From positions 22,322,001-22,386,000 of the forward strand of contig CM075988.1 in NCBI GenBank assembly GCA_038087875.1: 64,000 bases of DNA, given 5' to 3'. The stretch is from Malacoraja senta (lineage: Eukaryota). Shown here piece after piece: positions 59,870 to 64,000 of the stretch. Under the pieces are notes generated by a model, which ran no database searches, was not told where the DNA came from, and worked only from the letters and a program-made list of their open reading frames with translations. Position 1 is the stretch's first letter. Every line of letters begins with the position of its first letter. A program made the position numbers and the translations under genes.

Positions 59870-60310
59870 TCAGTCCGAGTGCGATCCGGACAACATGGTT
59901 GAATGTTGAGTCGATCTGTTGTCAAACGAGCAAAACAACGAGGAGCTCTCGCCGTCCCTGTGTGCGTCTCGATGGAATGGTATGGACTGGTCTTGGCCCA
60001 TCTCCTCCGGTACAGTCAAGGCAACGTTGAGCGTGTGGTGACTGGAGTCCAGCTCCCCGAGTTTTATAAGCCTGGCCTCCTCATTGTTTGATATCTGCTG
60101 CTCTCCAGTCTCACTGCCGTCCACACTGTGCAGCGGGATTAATTCCGATGCATGTTTATCAGCTTCCACTTCACACAAGGTTCGGTACGGTCCCCGGCTA
60201 GAGTTACTGTGCAGCAGGCTGAACCTCACTTCTTTCCTGGGGTAGAAAATAATCTCCAGCGTGTAGTAAATGGACCAGAAAATGGCGAAGCAACCCAGGA
60301 GGAGCAGCAT
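59870..60310 (-). CDS. PCSK7: PCSK7 last coding exon: transmembrane helix and cytosolic tail
   Basis: CTCAG acceptor before 60310. LLGCFAIFWSIYYTLEI matches the PC7 TM segment (human LVGCFTVFWTVYYMLEV as recalled). TGA at 59872-59870. Confidence 0.9.
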   Translation of the reverse strand: MLLLLGCFAIFWSIYYTLEIIFYPRKEVRFSLLHSNSSRGPYRTLCEVEADKHASELIPLHSVDGSETGEQQISNNEEARLIKLGELDSSHHTLNVALTVPEEMGQDQSIPFHRDAHRDGESSSLFCSFDNRSTQHSTMLSGSHSD

Positions 60311-62507
60311 CTGAGAAGAGAAACATTTTATATTCTATTATATATTTCCTATTTCCCCTGCTTTGTTAATTGACCACATTACTGGCTGTACCGAGTTTGT
60401 ACGTTCTCCCCGTGTGCGTGGGTTTTCTCCGGGTGCTCCGGTTTCCACCCACACTCCAAAGACGTACAGGTTTGTAGGTTGATTAGTCTTTGGTAAAAAT
60501 TGTACATTGTGAATTGTCCCGACAGTGTAGGATAGTTCTAGTGACCGGGGATCGCTATGTTCCCCGGTCACTATATATCCAGGCTTATGTTGGGTATGGT
60601 AACCCAAGGAATGGCCGGCATCTAGGACAAATCCCCCTTCCGCACCACCCCCAACAAAACTTTCCCTTTGTCCAAATCTAGGAAAAGCTCAGACCAGAGG
60701 TGACCAGCAAGGAGTCACAGATAGTCTTCGGAAGGTGACTGAAAGTTAGGGCACTGAAAGCACACATGGCACTACGGAAACTGCCCACGTACAAGATTAG
60801 GAGCGGCAGTGGTGCAGCTTGCAGAGTTGTTACCCCTCAGCTCCAGTGACCTGGGTTCAGTCCTGACCTCCACTGCTGTCTGCGTGGAGTTGGCATGTTT
60901 ATAAAGAGTTTCCTCTTTATAAGTTTAGGTTTCGGTTTATTCTCGTCACGTGTACCGAGGTACAGTGAAAAGCTTTTTTTTTTTTTGCATGCTATGCAAT
61001 TGGAGCTGACAATACTATACATAAATACAGTGAAGCCAAACTCAAGTACAATAATTTGAGCAAAGGGGACGACATAGAGCGCAGAATATAGTTCTGGGCA
61101 TTGTAAGCGTCAGTTCCACAGACTATAGATACTCTGGTTACCTCCCACAGCCCAATGGAGTGTGTGTTGGTATGTGAATGAACTCCAGTATCAAGGGGAG
61201 TGGTAGATGGGAATGTGGTGAGAATAAAATGAAATGAATGCAAATGGATGCTTGATGGTCGGCAGAGACTCAATGGGCTGAGTGGCCTTGTTCCTGCACT
61301 TTGAGACTTTATGACACTATAACTACTGACACCAATTGACAGTATGACCTGTGCCCGAATAACCAGTGTCCTTTTAAAGTTTTTTCAGTCTGGGGGTATG
61401 GAGGCCACCACTATTTGGCTCCCATCCCAAATTGCCTGATCTACCAGGGAATTTCGGAAATCGCTTAAGAGTCAACCACTGTTTCCCTTGGATTCATCCC
61501 CTTGCATTCTCCCCCCTCCCCTCCCAATATTCAGGCTCGTATGCGTCTGGAGTTACATAAATCAGACCGGGAGAATTCTTTCCCAAAATGACAACAGTGA
61601 ACTAAAAGATTTTTAGGACATTTATGGTAGTCTCATGGCTTAATGAAAAACATAATTGAATTTAAAAACACCAGCTTAAATACATCTTAATAACTGGAGC
61701 ACCATCAAGAGAAGTGACTGGTTTGTGGACAAAAGGACACAAAGTGCTGGAGTAACTCAGCAGGCCAGGCAGCATCTCTGGAGAACGGGGATTGGTGATG
61801 TTTCAGGTTCAGGCCCTTCTTGTAGGATTGTAGGGGAGGCAGGGGACTGGTTTGTGGCCCAAACATCCATGGATACTGGTCTGGATTGTGACACACCGTA
61901 CACCCTGGGCAAAGTTGCTTCTCACACAAGAAGGGGCAGGAGGAGTCGAGGCCTTTGACTGCTCTGCCCCAAATGGGACCAATTTTGATGTGAAATCCAG
62001 ATCAAATAAGAGGTGTGGCAGAAAATAAGTCACTTGTCACTTTCCATATTAAGCAACATTTATAAAATGTCCTCGACTGATCCTAATGTGATCCTAATAA
62101 GAATAAGGGGTAAGCCATTTAGAACGGAGACGAGGAAACATTTTCTCACAGAGAGTGGTGAGTCTGTGGAATGCTCTGCCTCAGAGGGCGGTGGAGGCAG
62201 GTTCTCTGGATGCTTTCAAGAGAGAGCTAGATAGGGCTCTTAAAAATAGCGGAGTCAGGGGATATAGGGAGAAGGCAGGAACGGGGTACTGATTGGGGAT
62301 GATCAGCCATGATCACATTGAATGGTGGTGCTGGCTCGAAGGGCCAAATGGCCTACTCCTGCACCTATTGTCTATTGTCTATAATGTCTAAAGATGTTCA
62401 TTTTGTAAATCAGAAGAGCAAACCCTTTAAAGAAAATTAAATGTCATAGAACCATAAATAACCGTACTGTAGATGCTTAAAGGGATCTGTATGGTTATAA
62501 ATATTAC

Positions 62508-62625
62508 CTTGAGTGTGTTGGCGGTCATATAATTCCATTCCTGATCTGCAATCTCCAATCCAGGGGGACAAGGCAACGAGAAACTGTCGTTCAGGAATTG
62601 TCCACTCATAGCTTCTTCAACAACC
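62508..62625 (-). CDS. PCSK7: PCSK7 penultimate coding exon (VVEEAMSGQFLNDSFSLPCPPGLEIADQEWNYMTANTLK)
   Basis: AAG acceptor, GTAAT donor, 118 nt ending in phase 0. AMSG..L.D.F.LPCPPGL...NTLK is characteristic of PC7. Confidence 0.92.
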
Positions 62626-63271
62626 CTTTGGAAAGTCAAGGAAAAGCATCATTAGGCAGGATGGTTGCTCAGTTATTGGATGTTCTGAGCAGGAGAGAAT
62701 TGTGTACGGTAGGTCATGCCCAGGAAATGAGCTCCCTGGTGGGAGAGCACTAGTTCTGCCTTTCCCAAGGGGATGAGAGGAATGTTTTCAATCATTTATT
62801 CACCAGAGATAGCCATCAAGAGGAAAGTCAGCATTAATAGTCCAATTGCCCAAGAGAAGGTGATGGTGATCCTGCTGCCCCCAAGGTCAAGGGGCTTCTA
62901 CCGTGCTCCAGATACTTGAAGTTGGACAGGAGTATAAGATTTACTGGGTGGAAGACTGCAAGTTTGTTGTTCCATGCTTTATTCTCATATTTATTATCAT
63001 CATACGAATCGTACAGCACAGAAATAGGCCCTTCGGCCCAACTTGCCCATGCTAACCAAGCTGCCCCATTGACACTAGTCCCACTTTCCCATATTTGGCC
63101 CATATCTCTCCAAACCTTTCCTACCCACGTACCTGTCCAAATTACTTTTAAATATTGCTATAGTGCCTTTCTCCAACTCCCTCCTCTAGTAGCTTGTTCC
63201 ATATTCCCACTAACCTCTGTGTGGAAATGTTGCCCCTCGGGTTCCTATTAAATCTTTTCCTTCTCACCATA

Positions 63272-64000
63272 AACAATAGACAACAGACAATAGGTGCAGG
63301 AGTAGGCCATTTGTACCCCGTTCCTGACTTCTCCCCATATCCCGACTCCGCTATTTTTAAGAGCCCTATCTAGCTCTCTCTTGAAAGCATCCAGAGAACC
63401 TGCCTCCACCGCCCTCTGAGGCAGAGAATTCCACAGACTCACCACTCTGTGAGAAAAAGTGTTTCCTCGTCTCCGTTCTAAATGGCTTACTCCTTATTCT
63501 TAAACTGTGCCCCTGGTTCTGGACTCCCCCAACATCGGGAACATGTTTCCTGCCTCTAGCGTGTCCAAGCCCTTAACAATCTTATATGTTTCAATGAGAT
63601 ACCCTCTCATCCTTCTAAACTCCAGAGTGTACAAGCCCAGCTGCTCCATTCTCTCAGCATATGACAGTCCCGCCATCCTGGGAATTAACCTTGTAAACCT
63701 ACGCTGCACTCCCTCAATAGCAAGAATGTCCTTCCTCAAATTAGGGGACCAAAACTGCACAGAATACTCCAGGTGTGGTCTCACTACGGCTCTGTACAAC
63801 TGCAGAAGGACCTCTTTGCTCCTATATTTGATTCCTCTTGTTATAAAGGCCAACATGCCATTCGCTTTCTTCACTGCTGGCTGTACCTGCATGCTTACTT
63901 TCATAGACCGACGTACAAGGACCCCCAGATCCCGTTGTACTTCCCCTTTTCCCAACTTGACACCATTTAGAGAGTAATCTGCCTTCCTGTTTTTGCTACC
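63272..64000 (-). mobile_element. CR1/HER1-like LINE fragment in a PCSK7 intron
   Basis: QRDLGVLV...KKANGMLAFI...LYRAVVRPHLEYSVQFWSP. Confidence 0.9.

Overview
Repeat-rich vertebrate genomic DNA. The HE1-type V-SINEs, CR1/HER1-like LINE ends and Penelope-like fold-backs point to a cartilaginous fish, probably a skate or ray (inference). Three protein-coding genes can be read at exon level. (1) The last three exons of a + strand RING-H2 E3 ligase of the TTC3/DZIP3 type (1261-3430). (2) SLC37A4, the ER glucose-6-phosphate transporter, on the - strand (ATG 29800 to stop 9287). It includes a 66-nt cassette exon matching the mammalian vG6PT variant, and two expected exons are missing at an assembly gap. 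(3) The last two exons of PCSK7 on the - strand (62625-59870). A CpG-island promoter at about 40.65-41.6 kb looks bidirectional; a second gap follows it and may hide a + strand gene. Mobile DNA includes a young, internally inverted Ty3/Gypsy element with a 5-bp TSD, a hAT-like MITE and HERO-, Ingi- and Rex/L2-like LINE tails. Two element groups stand out. Many short Penelope-derived insertions carry minimal hammerhead-ribozyme cores and 9-15-bp TSDs. Eight complete CpG-rich palindromic DNA elements share terminal motifs, and their 3-nt T-N-A flanks often differ at the central base, hinting at non-canonical integration. All family assignments come from recognition by eye, not from database searches.
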